A DNA stretch of 64,000 nt from Candidatus Saccharimonadota bacterium (GCA_017515105.1 JAFWHO010000001.1:202903-266902), one strand, 5' to 3'; counted from the stretch's first letter, positions 1-10,289 are shown. A program made the numbers and translations. Notes: generated from the letters alone by a model not told the origin.

Positions 1-902
1 CTATAATCAACCCTATACTCTTCATACTCCTTCATTATTGCTTCTTTATTCTCAATTGCCCCACGAACTTTCTCAGCTATTTCATTAACATCATCGTCAC
101 TTTTTACCGCCAAGTGCTCATTCATCGCCGGATATTTATCTACCAAAAACCCATTATTCCCTACCACGCAAGGAATACCCGCATCCATGCTAGCCAAAAA
201 TCTCGTCGCATTCGCCCCTGCAAAATTTACATCCAAATTGCAAGCATTTCCATAGACCAAGTCATCGTCAACAAAATCAGTAGCGATGTGGTATCGCTGG
301 ATAAACTCTCTGGACACCTTATCTATATTTCTAGAAAGTTTCGCTTTATAACCAGGCAAGAAAGTAAGGCTCGCAAGCTCATTATAAAAACTGCAGTAAT
401 CAGAACCACTTGCGTTAAGTAAGCCTATCGTGTTGGTGTTAGCTGAGTCATTATGACACTTTTTGTGAACAATATCTAGCAAAATATGTTTTACTTTTCG
501 CCTCTTAGCCCGGATAACCTCGTATAATCCACGATCCAAGAATCCAATTGAGTCAGCTATTTTATAGTCATATTTATCACAAATTCTGTTTAAGTCGTCA
601 AGGATTGTCTCATCTGAAAGTTCGCCCAAACCCCCAGTGAAAATAAACTTAATCTCATGTTCCTCAACTAAGGTATTGATAATTTCATCATACTCTGCAT
701 AATAATCCACAAAGATAATCTGTCCGACTATGTTTTTCCGCAAAAATTTAATCAAAAACTCTACATCTTCTACAGTATTATTGAGTATCAAAGAATTACC
801 AAAAGAACAATCAAAAGCGTCAAACAACTCAACATCTTTCCCCGGCAGTATCACCAAATAGTCCAAATTATAATTTATCTCCAACGTTTTCTTAACTTTC
901 AT
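1..902 (-). CDS. glycosyltransferase-like protein (partial, 3' end beyond window edge)
   Basis: Not in the ORF track because it runs off the edge. Manual translation from ATG (902-900) gives MKVKKTLEINYNLDYLVILPGKD...FLASMDAGIPCVVGNNGFLVDKYP... The MDAGIPCVVGNN segment parallels LEMGVPCITGNN in the GT1-like C-terminal half of the adjacent 613-aa protein. Start overlaps the upstream stop by 11 nt. Confidence 0.55.
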   Translation of the reverse strand, partial: MKVKKTLEINYNLDYLVILPGKDVELFDAFDCSFGNSLILNNTVEDVEFLIKFLRKNIVGQIIFVDYYAEYDEIINTLVEEHEIKFIFTGGLGELSDETILDDLNRICDKYDYKIADSIGFLDRGLYEVIRAKRRKVKHILLDIVHKKCHNDSANTNTIGLLNASGSDYCSFYNELASLTFLPGYKAKLSRNIDKVSREFIQRYHIATDFVDDDLVYGNACNLDVNFAGANATRFLASMDAGIPCVVGNNGFLVDKYPAMNEHLAVKSDDDVNEIAEKVRGAIENKEAIMKEYEEYRVDY

Positions 903-2733
903 TTTGTGTACCAATACCTTCCTCCAAGAATAATTTTACATCTTTCTTAGAATCCTCAAAATTTCTCTCTCGAAACTTTTCATACTCGTTTAATATTTGC
1001 TTTTTCTTTTTAATGCAGTCTAATATTCTTTCTTTGATCAGCTCTACGTTTTCCTCTTGCGACACTAGAAGATATTTTTCTAGCTCATATCCACCGAAAT
1101 AATGATGGTTATTACCAGTAATACAAGGCACCCCCATCTCCAAACTCTCGAGCGGTAACATCGGCGAACATTCAGAAAATGTTATATACAAATTAACGTC
1201 GTTCTTCGCCATCCTTTTCATCAGCTCATCGCGAGAAACATTCTTAGATTCACCAGTCACCGACACGCCTAAACTCCTAGCAAAACTTTCAGCCACTTCG
1301 TCCAACGGCACAATATCGAGCACAGCATTCTTCACCAAAGATGCCGCTGCAATTTGGGAGAACATATTCTTGCGCCAATTACTTGGACTGGCAGCATAAA
1401 GACCCACCCGCACGGTATCGCTGCGTTTCGTAGTGCTCAAATCAACTTTTTGTTTTTTTATCCTATTAGTGATAAAAAATGTCTTTACCCCTTGCGCCTT
1501 ATAAAAACTATATAGGCTCTTTTTGCACGTCGCAAAAGTATCAATATATCCCTTACGGCATAGCCCCATTATCTCTTCATGGATTCCCCACCCGTATTTG
1601 TCTAGCACCTGAGACAAACTGCCATGCCAAAAAACTTTTATTAGTACATTTGGCGTTTTTTCGTGAAGTATTCTAACAAGCTGAGGCCCACCTTTTGACA
1701 TCGCACTAAAAACTACTTGTTTAACGCCAGACTCTTTTATGGCGTTTGCAACCTTAACCCTATCTTCCCTCCTGTACAGTTCTCCGCAATCCACGGTGAA
1801 TTGAAATAGCTCCTTAGTTGCGCTAGTTACACCAAACCATTCACCATTATGCAAAACTAAATAAGGTGCGTCTTTTTTGGCTTTTATCGCTGCTACTGTT
1901 TTTTCTAGCCTATCCAAATACTTACCGTCAATTAAGGCTTTCTTTCTTCTGATATTTCTGTATATTACGACTGGGTATAACATGCCTCGAGCCGACTGCC
2001 TTATCACCCAATTTGTTTTTTGATATGCCTTTATCATTTTAATTGCACGCACTCGCCCATACCTTCGAACTAAATAGTTCTCCACTTTATTTTTCATCGG
2101 CAACCAACTTGCATCATAATAATGAACCATACAAGTATTATCAGTGAAAAGATTATTAGTTCTATTATATGAATAAGGATAAAAATAATCTCGCGGAAAA
2201 ACCGTAATATTGTGTTCCAAAACCTGGATACTTCGCTTCTTATAATCAAAACCGCACGGCTCCAGTATCTCTGTGATAAGCAATGGTATACTAAATTCGT
2301 TGCGTCTCTCAAAATCCACGTTTTTAAAGCTACGATATTTCTTCAATAGTTCACTTGCCAAATAACTGTTCGGGCGTTTTTCGTACCAAACCCCACAGCA
2401 AACTTTTCCAGTGTCCTCCACTCCGAGAAAAGAATCGCATTTTTCTATCAACCCCCTGGGATCCTTTATTATTTCCATATCAGTGTCAAAATAAATACCA
2501 CCCATCTCATACATCGCTCTCGTTCGGACATAGTCTGCCACGAAAGCATAATATTTTGTTTCATACGCTTTCTTTATAAATTCACATTCATTTAGATCGC
2601 AATTATTTTCATTCCAGCATATTACCTCATAATCTGGTAGGTATTTTCTCCAACTTTCAAGACACTTTTTTGCCAATTTCGGCAAAGGTTTTTCCCCAAA
2701 CCAACAATAATGAATGTATTTTTTCTGTTCCAT
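892..2733 (-). CDS. two-domain glycosyltransferase (N-terminal GT32/DXD sugar-transferase-like, C-terminal GT1-like)
   Basis: N-terminus IHYCWFGEKPLP...YAFVADYVRTRAMYEMGGIYFDTDMEI matches the capsular 'Gly_transf_sug' DXD family. C-terminus LPLESLEMGVPCITGNN resembles a GT1/GT4 nucleotide-sugar binding fold. Confidence 0.75.
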   Translation of the reverse strand: MEQKKYIHYCWFGEKPLPKLAKKCLESWRKYLPDYEVICWNENNCDLNECEFIKKAYETKYYAFVADYVRTRAMYEMGGIYFDTDMEIIKDPRGLIEKCDSFLGVEDTGKVCCGVWYEKRPNSYLASELLKKYRSFKNVDFERRNEFSIPLLITEILEPCGFDYKKRSIQVLEHNITVFPRDYFYPYSYNRTNNLFTDNTCMVHYYDASWLPMKNKVENYLVRRYGRVRAIKMIKAYQKTNWVIRQSARGMLYPVVIYRNIRRKKALIDGKYLDRLEKTVAAIKAKKDAPYLVLHNGEWFGVTSATKELFQFTVDCGELYRREDRVKVANAIKESGVKQVVFSAMSKGGPQLVRILHEKTPNVLIKVFWHGSLSQVLDKYGWGIHEEIMGLCRKGYIDTFATCKKSLYSFYKAQGVKTFFITNRIKKQKVDLSTTKRSDTVRVGLYAASPSNWRKNMFSQIAAASLVKNAVLDIVPLDEVAESFARSLGVSVTGESKNVSRDELMKRMAKNDVNLYITFSECSPMLPLESLEMGVPCITGNNHHYFGGYELEKYLLVSQEENVELIKERILDCIKKKKQILNEYEKFRERNFEDSKKDVKLFLEEGIGTQNES

Positions 2734-2736
2734 TTA

Positions 2737-4914
2737 TTATATCTTATCCCCCCCACAAAAATCCTCTCTAACTTTCTCAACAAAAGCTTTCCAAGAATGA
2801 CGCTCCACCAGTATACGTTGTGCCTCTTTAACCATTTTGGACATTTTCTTACTATTTTGCATCGCGTATTTAATGGCCTCAACATATTCATCCACATTAT
2901 CGAAATTATCAACCAATAAACCGGTCTCCTTTTCTTTAATAAATTCCCCAATCCCACCAACCTTCGGTGCAATCACTGGCAGACCAGCAGCAGTAGCCTC
3001 CAATAAACAATTCGGCAAACCATCTATCCTAGAAGTATAAAGGTAGCAATCATAAGAGTCAGTTTCGAGCGTCTCAAACCCATCATATTCCCCTTTATAC
3101 TCAAGCGAAGATACATTTTTGAAATAGCTTTTCTTGTATCCATCTAGCTTCCCAAACATATCTATATGCACTTTTTTGGGGTCTAACTTTTCAACAATTC
3201 TAAGCAAAACATCTGGAGCCTTTTGATAAGCAACCCTACCAGCCCATAAAACCCTAAATGTCTGATTTTTAGAAATCTTCGGAGCAATTATCTTAGAGTC
3301 AATTGGCTGGTAATGTACTTTAAATTTTTTTCTATCGAGACCACATAGTTTCTCCCCCCTATTTATCACCTCCTCATTATCAGTAAAAATATTATCAACG
3401 ACGTCATAAATAGATAGTAAATAAGGGTCTAAATAATCGAAAATGCCCTCATCATTCGTGCCTTTTATGTAATCATGGCAGAATATTGAAACATTCAACT
3501 TGTAGTTCTTCTTCACGAGCTCCAAATGGCCCAAAACCCAAGCATATGCATACTGGCTATTGATGATGTGTAGTTTTTTACAATTTAGTTGAGTAATAAT
3601 GCGCGAAAACAACTGTTCCCCCTCAACATCGTTTAAATACTTTGAGTTATTTCCAAAATCAACTATGTACGCATTGCTTGGTAATTTTTCTTTCCACTCA
3701 TTTTGTGACGGCAGGGTCGTAATGACGGCGAAAGTCCAATCCGGGTGTAATTCGGATAACGCTTTTATATAGTTTAGTAAAACCTTGTCCGCCCCACCAC
3801 TAATTAACCAAGGAACAATAAAAACATAGTCCGGAAGATGAGTCGCGTCTTCCATGGCCTTAAAAAATGAATACCCTACAGCATCGCCGTCCTCAACACA
3901 ATATTCGATCACTTTTTTTACTTCATCCGATGTAGGATAAAGACCAGTCTCTATTTGCGAAATTTCCCTCCAGTTGTTGTAAACGCTTTGAGGAATTCTC
4001 TCAGAAGATCGTCTCCTAGATGCCCCTAATATCTTGTCTAAGCCAATCCTTATAGGCCTAGCCACAGGAGTAATGACGACATTTGCAGGAGAATTTCTAA
4101 TTTTTTTATACGTAGAATACAATACCCCAACATCTTTCCCTTCGCCAATATGCTTTTGTTCTTCTTTTTCTCGCTCAATAATTCTATTATAGTAATCGAT
4201 TTCAAACAGTCGGCTGTATCTCTGTATGCAATTCGCCCCATTAGAAGCTTGCAACAAAGAACTTGCTCGTCTTTTCTGTCTATAGAACAACGTCGTTTCT
4301 TTCGCTGCAACGTGTCTAATGCCCATTGACTCGGTTTCAGTATTGAACCACCAATCCTCATTGCCATAACCATCGCGAGTAGCCGAATACGGGCATTTCT
4401 CGAAAATCTCTTTTTTTGCCACGCAAGCAGACACCCATCTATTTACACCACATAACAACCTGATATCCCTACTTCCGCCATCTGAGTCTTTTTGCTCCCA
4501 CAGAACATAACGCTGATCAAGCCCAAAAGCCAAACTATAATTAGGATGCGCAACTACTCTTCCTCCACTTTTCTCTATCGTTTTTATTGCCGAAATAAAC
4601 CAATTTTTTGAAACTAAATCGTCTGCATCAATCACGCCAACATAATTGCCTCTGGCTTCGCCAATGGCAAAGTTTCGAGAAAGACCTAAATCGCCGAACT
4701 TGTTCTCTAAAATCCTGAATCCCTCCTTACCCTTATACCTTGAAAAATAATTTCTCGTCTGTTCGCTCCCGTTATCAATATGAATAATTATTTCGAAACC
4801 CATCCCCTCGTTCTTCACCTCTTCTAGAGCGGCGAGTATACTCATCATCGTCTTATGTGAAAGAAAACCTTCCTTATGTGCAGTAACTATTACCGAAATA
4901 TCGATCTTTTTCAT
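2737..4914 (-). CDS. two-domain glycosyltransferase (N-terminal GT2, C-terminal GT4)
   Basis: ISVIVTAHKEG...IIHIDNGS...VIDADDLV is a GT2 signature. C-terminal YTSRIDGLPNCLLEATAAGLPVIAPKVGGIGEFI is a GT4 E-x7-E region. Confidence 0.8.
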   Translation of the reverse strand: MKKIDISVIVTAHKEGFLSHKTMMSILAALEEVKNEGMGFEIIIHIDNGSEQTRNYFSRYKGKEGFRILENKFGDLGLSRNFAIGEARGNYVGVIDADDLVSKNWFISAIKTIEKSGGRVVAHPNYSLAFGLDQRYVLWEQKDSDGGSRDIRLLCGVNRWVSACVAKKEIFEKCPYSATRDGYGNEDWWFNTETESMGIRHVAAKETTLFYRQKRRASSLLQASNGANCIQRYSRLFEIDYYNRIIEREKEEQKHIGEGKDVGVLYSTYKKIRNSPANVVITPVARPIRIGLDKILGASRRRSSERIPQSVYNNWREISQIETGLYPTSDEVKKVIEYCVEDGDAVGYSFFKAMEDATHLPDYVFIVPWLISGGADKVLLNYIKALSELHPDWTFAVITTLPSQNEWKEKLPSNAYIVDFGNNSKYLNDVEGEQLFSRIITQLNCKKLHIINSQYAYAWVLGHLELVKKNYKLNVSIFCHDYIKGTNDEGIFDYLDPYLLSIYDVVDNIFTDNEEVINRGEKLCGLDRKKFKVHYQPIDSKIIAPKISKNQTFRVLWAGRVAYQKAPDVLLRIVEKLDPKKVHIDMFGKLDGYKKSYFKNVSSLEYKGEYDGFETLETDSYDCYLYTSRIDGLPNCLLEATAAGLPVIAPKVGGIGEFIKEKETGLLVDNFDNVDEYVEAIKYAMQNSKKMSKMVKEAQRILVERHSWKAFVEKVREDFCGGDKI

Positions 4915-5003
4915 GTTCCAATTATATCATAGCTTCACCTTTGTTTCACAGAAGCAGCAATCCAGACTCTTTTATGGTAAAATAATACATACAAGGATGT
5001 ATT

Positions 5004-6191
5004 ATGAATAATAGTTCTAAAAAGATCAAATATGCAGCTCTTTGTTTTAATACAGAGAATATAGGAGACGAGATACAATCCCTTGCTGCTCAACGTTTCC
5101 TGCCACGAATAGACTATTATGTCGATCGCGACCATCTGGATGATCTTCCTCAAAAAAAGGATGAAGAGATAAAACTAATACTGAACAGCTGGTTCCTCAG
5201 CCCATCTCAAAAGGACGGATCAATTCATTGGCCGCCAAAATCCGCTCCCCTGAATCCTCTCCTTATTTCAATGCACACTAGTTTTCTTAATGGCTCAACA
5301 AAAACCTTTTCTTCTCCAACCAGCCGTTCTTTTCTTAACAAATTTGCCCCAGTGGGCGCCAGAGACCTAGCAACACAATCCTTCTTTCAATCAATTGGCG
5401 TCCCGTCGTTCTTTTCCGGCTGCCTAACACTAACGCTGCTCCCTGATCCATCAATAAAAAAACAAGATTATATATTAGCCGTCGACATCAGCGACACTTT
5501 ATTTTGTGAAATAAAAAAACGTACGAACCGCAGAATAATCCGATTAGATACGACGCACCCCCTAGATATTGACACTCAAACGCGTTTTAAATTGGCTAAA
5601 TATTGGCTTTACTTGTACCAATCTGCACATTGTGTTGTTTCATCAAGACTACACGCCATGCTACCATGCCTAAGCTTGAAAACCCCAGTCATTGGAGTCT
5701 CGGGACGCGATGTGGAGCGGTTTTCAGGACTGATAGACCTTGTCAACCATTACAGCGAAAAAGAAATATTACAAAATAAAAGAATAAGTTTTGATAACCC
5801 CCCTGATAATCCTAAAAGCTTTGAAAAAATTAGAAAAAAACTTATTGTAGAATGCAAGAAATATACAAACTACGATTCAAAACAATCGTTTTTATTAGGC
5901 ACCGATATTGTCGACCTCCTCTCAGACGAAGACTTAATTTCGCTTTTTACGAAATCGATAAACGATAACTATAGTTATGGGCTAGAGCTAAAAAATCAGC
6001 TTGAACAATATGAGCAGAACTACAAAAACTTCAGATTAGAAGTTGAAAAACATATCCAAAAAGAGCAAAACCTCGAGCAAGAACTAAAGGAATGTAAAAC
6101 TCTACTTGAAAACCCAGGAATAAAAACTTCCGTCAAAAACTTAAAGAAAGCCTTAAAGAATTACGCTAAAAAAATGACTTCCCGCAATTAA
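5004..6191 (+). CDS. polysaccharide pyruvyl transferase family protein with C-terminal coiled coil
   Basis: CFNTENIGDEIQSLAAQRFLP and SSRLHAMLPCLSLKTPVIGV resemble PS_pyruv_trans motifs. The tail is rich in E/K/Q heptads. Confidence 0.65.
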   Translation: MNNSSKKIKYAALCFNTENIGDEIQSLAAQRFLPRIDYYVDRDHLDDLPQKKDEEIKLILNSWFLSPSQKDGSIHWPPKSAPLNPLLISMHTSFLNGSTKTFSSPTSRSFLNKFAPVGARDLATQSFFQSIGVPSFFSGCLTLTLLPDPSIKKQDYILAVDISDTLFCEIKKRTNRRIIRLDTTHPLDIDTQTRFKLAKYWLYLYQSAHCVVSSRLHAMLPCLSLKTPVIGVSGRDVERFSGLIDLVNHYSEKEILQNKRISFDNPPDNPKSFEKIRKKLIVECKKYTNYDSKQSFLLGTDIVDLLSDEDLISLFTKSINDNYSYGLELKNQLEQYEQNYKNFRLEVEKHIQKEQNLEQELKECKTLLENPGIKTSVKNLKKALKNYAKKMTSRN

Positions 6192-7963
6192 AGCTCTTCG
6201 ATTGCGCTTGCAGGAATTGCCGCACAAATCCCACGCAAAGTATTGTGCTCTGTTCGATAATACCACTCCCCGTTTACAAAAGTTTTAGTTATAAATTTTA
6301 TTACCCTTCCTTTTTTCAAAACATCAATTATCTCCCCAGTAAATGGATTGATCCTTTCTGCATCCTCCTTCAAAACCATCTCCCTAGGATATACGAAATC
6401 CTCAAAAGATACTTCCACTAGATTATCCTCTCTAATAGCCGCTATGATATTATTTTTTGTGTTATGCTCCGTCCTATAATACTTCACCCCATCAATAATA
6501 ATATATGAGGAGAAATCATAAATCATGTTTTTACTAAGTGTGTCGTAATACTCATTATTTAAAGGGTTTATTCTGGCCGAGTCGAACTTTAGCGCCATGG
6601 TTTTTGAATTATAAGTATTGAAGAATTCCGGATTACTATAATCGTAGTCTTCCACGTCATCCGACAAAAACCCGTATTCTGAGTTCGAATTATAGTAATC
6701 GAACGCCGTAATATAATAAATGTGCCCATTAAAACTTGTCTTTACCATCATTTCTCTAGGCATCCTCTCTGTAAACGCATCTACCACCGTCTCTCCCCTT
6801 ATATATATTTTTTTTGCTCCAGGTTTTATTGTTTTTTCACGACCCCCTTCCTCGATCATAGTATAATCAAGGTTAACTTCTTCCAAATACTTTATAGGTA
6901 TGCACACATCTTCGTCATGTACTGTACCAAACTCTGTTCTCAAGCAAGAGCTACCGTCTCCATAAACAACCTTTGTCATAAACTTTAACATCCTACCACT
7001 TTCTATTGTATCCACACCCTTACCAGTTTTAGGATTGATTCTAGTCACAGACTCCTTCGTCACCATATATCTAGGAGAAATTAACGAAACGTATTGAACC
7101 CCATCACTCGTTATCCCACCGAACCAATCTTGAAAATACAAATAAAAGTTCCTATTCCCATACGCACCGCAATACGCCGTCCCATATCCAGCAGCAAGCG
7201 CACCTTCATTTGGCTGATATGGGGTGTATCTATACAGTGCAGACGTAGCTAGTGAACGAATATTGACCACCGACCCACCACATCCCGCATTTGGGTTATA
7301 TTGAATATAATTATTTCCCAATGGATAGTTTGTCCACCCGCCGTCCAAAACTGTCCTGAACAACGCAGCAGCTTTCCTTATTTGATTTTTGAAGCCATAA
7401 TATTGCGATGAACAGGGTGCCGTATCCGGACATCCATACCCAGTCGCCTTACGATAGTCACCATCGTTAGGGATTGGATCGGTTATGAGACCAGTTTCTT
7501 TCTGCAACAACACTAATAAAACCTGCGGATTAATTCTGTAGTCCTGCGCCGCCCGCCAAATAATATGTGCCGCCGTGTCACCTGAGCCAATCACCTCGCC
7601 GTCTCCAAACCTCTCCTCGGACAAGCACACAAAATGACCGTCGCTCCAATGCCACTTATACTTAGTATTTGCCGATAACCTTAAATAATAACCATAATCC
7701 GAGTTAGAACAAGAGTTTTTTCTGGTCAAAAAAGCCTGAATGTCAGATTCGCTCATTGAATTATAGTTCCCCATTTGATAATCTGAAATAATATATCCCG
7801 GATCGAATCCAGCCAAAGAAGCAGCTTCGACCTCATTGTTAGTGTTTGTTCTTTGAGCCAGAAAACTGAAAACGAACACTATTACAAACACCCCTAACGC
7901 TAAGTACCCAAACCTCTTACTTCGTCTTCCCACGGTTAGCCCTCCTTCTTGCACGTTTCTCAT
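6188..7963 (-). CDS. membrane-anchored secreted protein, putative cell-wall hydrolase domain plus four ~65-aa C-terminal repeats
   Basis: N-terminal TM segment (YLALGVFVIVFVFSFLA). AAQDYRINPQVLLVLLQKETGLI resembles lytic transglycosylase/muramidase motifs. Repeats of type RINPxTGxxxDxxxxGRxxKFxTK...YYRTEHNT occur four times. Confidence 0.55.
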   Translation of the reverse strand: MRNVQEGGLTVGRRSKRFGYLALGVFVIVFVFSFLAQRTNTNNEVEAASLAGFDPGYIISDYQMGNYNSMSESDIQAFLTRKNSCSNSDYGYYLRLSANTKYKWHWSDGHFVCLSEERFGDGEVIGSGDTAAHIIWRAAQDYRINPQVLLVLLQKETGLITDPIPNDGDYRKATGYGCPDTAPCSSQYYGFKNQIRKAAALFRTVLDGGWTNYPLGNNYIQYNPNAGCGGSVVNIRSLATSALYRYTPYQPNEGALAAGYGTAYCGAYGNRNFYLYFQDWFGGITSDGVQYVSLISPRYMVTKESVTRINPKTGKGVDTIESGRMLKFMTKVVYGDGSSCLRTEFGTVHDEDVCIPIKYLEEVNLDYTMIEEGGREKTIKPGAKKIYIRGETVVDAFTERMPREMMVKTSFNGHIYYITAFDYYNSNSEYGFLSDDVEDYDYSNPEFFNTYNSKTMALKFDSARINPLNNEYYDTLSKNMIYDFSSYIIIDGVKYYRTEHNTKNNIIAAIREDNLVEVSFEDFVYPREMVLKEDAERINPFTGEIIDVLKKGRVIKFITKTFVNGEWYYRTEHNTLRGICAAIPASAIEEL

Positions 7964-8502
7964 ATACTAACCTCACTTCGAATTAATCCACTTTTTCCGT
8001 TTGATGTAATATTTATTTCGATTTCCATGTTCCCCTGTCCAAGCCCAGCCACCGGCACATCGAAACCTTCACACGTCGCTGTTGTCACATTGCTTACAAT
8101 TCCAGTACTGCTGCTATATATGTTTTCTCCATTTCGAGTTAATATTAAGGTGCATTCACCGACCTCAAGATACTGGTCAATATTTATCCTTATCATCAAT
8201 TTATCTTCTACTACTCCAGCATAAGTCACGACGCCAGACAACTCGTCTAATGTATTAGGGTCATCACCATCGTACTGTACAACCTTTGGCTTCTCGACTA
8301 TCTCACTTTCACTATCCCCTCCATCATCGTTCTTATTCTCAATCCACGTATTATCACTAGGTTCAAGCTCATCCTCTTCACCCTTAAAAGAGCTATTCCA
8401 TATAAAATACACGACCACTACGGCCACCACAAAAAGAATCACCAAAATCAACCACAGATTCCATTTCTTGTTCTTTTTTTGTTTTTGTGCCATAGAATAC
8501 AA
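7960..8502 (-). CDS. small membrane-anchored hypothetical protein
   Basis: ORF with N-terminal TM segment (WLILVILFVVAVVVVYFIW) and 4-nt overlap with the downstream gene start. No recognisable domain. Confidence 0.55.
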   Translation of the reverse strand: MYSMAQKQKKNKKWNLWLILVILFVVAVVVVYFIWNSSFKGEEDELEPSDNTWIENKNDDGGDSESEIVEKPKVVQYDGDDPNTLDELSGVVTYAGVVEDKLMIRINIDQYLEVGECTLILTRNGENIYSSSTGIVSNVTTATCEGFDVPVAGLGQGNMEIEINITSNGKSGLIRSEVSI

Positions 8503-8558
8503 TTCTCCTACTCTAATTTTACCCCAAAAAACATATCATGTAAACCCCCAAATCAACA

Positions 8559-9902
8559 TCATTCATCCATCAATCTACCACCACCATATATTTCATCAAA
8601 GTATTCGTATCTCCCTTTTATCCATCCCTTCACAGCATCAACCTCTTGATCGAATCCTTCCCGTCCCCACAACGCCTCATTGGCTAACATAGCATCCCTG
8701 ATATTATTCTGTTTTCGTCCAATCTCCCGCACTAACTCATCCTCTCGCCCCTCCATCTTATTCATATAAACTATTTCAACTTCTTCTCGAACTTCTGGTA
8801 TTTCCATCAAATTGAACACAATGCGAGACAGACCCAAACTCCACTCGTGCCAATCCATCCCACCATCTTCTATTAACCCCATTTCCTCATACATTTCTCT
8901 TGTCATTATTTCATCTTTTCTCACCATTGTTTTGTTAGGCGAATAAAAGTCCTCGCCCATCCAGTTACCCCAAGCCCTATTTGCTAGCGCTAAATCAAAA
9001 TCCCACCCTGGTCCCGCATGGATTTTATCCCCACTGCCATCTTTGTACATAAAAAAACTAGTCCAATATGCATCTGGATTCACGGTAAATTCACTGAGTA
9101 AGTAATATTTAGCAAAAGAATCTACGTCTGCCAGCTCCTTTATCTTATCGTAATCTTTTTCCGCCACTGCTTTTTCTAATTGATTGTAGGAATCAAGAAA
9201 CTCTTTCAATGCCGCCTCAGCATTATCCTTTTTTACTGCATCCTTTATCGCCACAATATCTCCATTCCCGGTTTTAAGATTAAGTTCTCCTTCTCCATAA
9301 ATATTATCCAACTCCACCAAAACCCCCATCGGATCCCTCAAGTCAACAGTATTTTTTCCAATTTCCACGACATGCGTTAAATAATATAATCCTTCGTATT
9401 CTCCATCTATATATAGTTCCACGAACTCTCCATCAAGAGCAAATACCATCCCAAGCATCCTTTCAAGATAAAATGCTATATCAGTCCTCAGGCCCGTTCC
9501 ATCCAGCGCATTTGCCAGCAACACCCATTTCCGCGCCTTCCCCAATCCGAACAGATCTACCTTATCCTGAAATCTTATCTGATATGGCTTTTTTTCCTGC
9601 ACCCACGTACCATTTCCCCTCCCCTTCACCTGCACACCATTAAACTTCTGCGCCTCATCTTCATCATAAAGAGTCAACTGATTCCCCTCATATTTTACAT
9701 CTTTCGACCCAGCTTTGATTTCATCCAAACTTACACCACTCAAATCAATATTGATTCTCGGCACACCCCTATCAGGATACTTAGCCAGCGTCGCTTCCCT
9801 TTCCAAAGTTGGCTTAACAACAAACATCATAACCAGCCCCACTACCACCGCTACCATCAAAAAAATAGATACAGCCAGTCTGAGCCAGTTTTTCTTCTTC
9901 AT
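8559..9902 (-). CDS. CotH kinase family protein, membrane anchored
   Basis: GNGTWVQEKKPYQIRF, RKWVLLANALDGTGLR, YYLTHVVE and GPGWDFDLA match CotH-family signatures as I remember them. Confidence 0.75.
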   Translation of the reverse strand: MKKKNWLRLAVSIFLMVAVVVGLVMMFVVKPTLEREATLAKYPDRGVPRINIDLSGVSLDEIKAGSKDVKYEGNQLTLYDEDEAQKFNGVQVKGRGNGTWVQEKKPYQIRFQDKVDLFGLGKARKWVLLANALDGTGLRTDIAFYLERMLGMVFALDGEFVELYIDGEYEGLYYLTHVVEIGKNTVDLRDPMGVLVELDNIYGEGELNLKTGNGDIVAIKDAVKKDNAEAALKEFLDSYNQLEKAVAEKDYDKIKELADVDSFAKYYLLSEFTVNPDAYWTSFFMYKDGSGDKIHAGPGWDFDLALANRAWGNWMGEDFYSPNKTMVRKDEIMTREMYEEMGLIEDGGMDWHEWSLGLSRIVFNLMEIPEVREEVEIVYMNKMEGREDELVREIGRKQNNIRDAMLANEALWGREGFDQEVDAVKGWIKGRYEYFDEIYGGGRLMDE

Positions 9903-9958
9903 ACCTCTATTTTATACGTATAGTTGCTTTTTTACAACAACGTTGCTACAATAAAAAA

Positions 9959-10032
9959 CAGAAAAGCCTCTCTAGGAAAAGCTTTTCTTTATGGGTTTGT
10001 TATCTAACTAGCTTTCGCTAGTTAGATTTTTT
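9959..10032 (+). ncRNA. candidate small RNA (promoter, two hairpins, T-run)
   Basis: TTGCTT (9924-9929), 17 nt, TACAAT (9947-9952) with TG extension. Then hairpin GAAAAGC...GCTTTTC (9961-9987) and hairpin ATCTAACTAGC-TTTC-GCTAGTTAGAT plus TTTTTT (10002-10032). No plus-strand ORF follows. Confidence 0.3.
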
Positions 10033-10289
10033 ACTTCGGCGATTTTTACGCCTTCGAAAGACAATGCACAGAATGTTTACTCCTATGGTCATTTCACTGC
10101 TCCCTTCCGGCAATCTGGATTCCTAGAATACCGTTTAATGATCACCTCACACATCACGAACATCACTACTCATGAATTATTTGGCCCACTAAACTCCGAA
10201 GTCAACCCGGACTCATTAACGCACAGAGTAGAAAATAATACAAGCACCAAAAACAAAAATTTTTGCATAAGAACTACACAATAAAACCT

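Noticed and set aside
114-422. 102-aa plus-strand ORF.
   Set aside because: It lies antisense within the partial glycosyltransferase gene, which reads open from 902 to the window edge.
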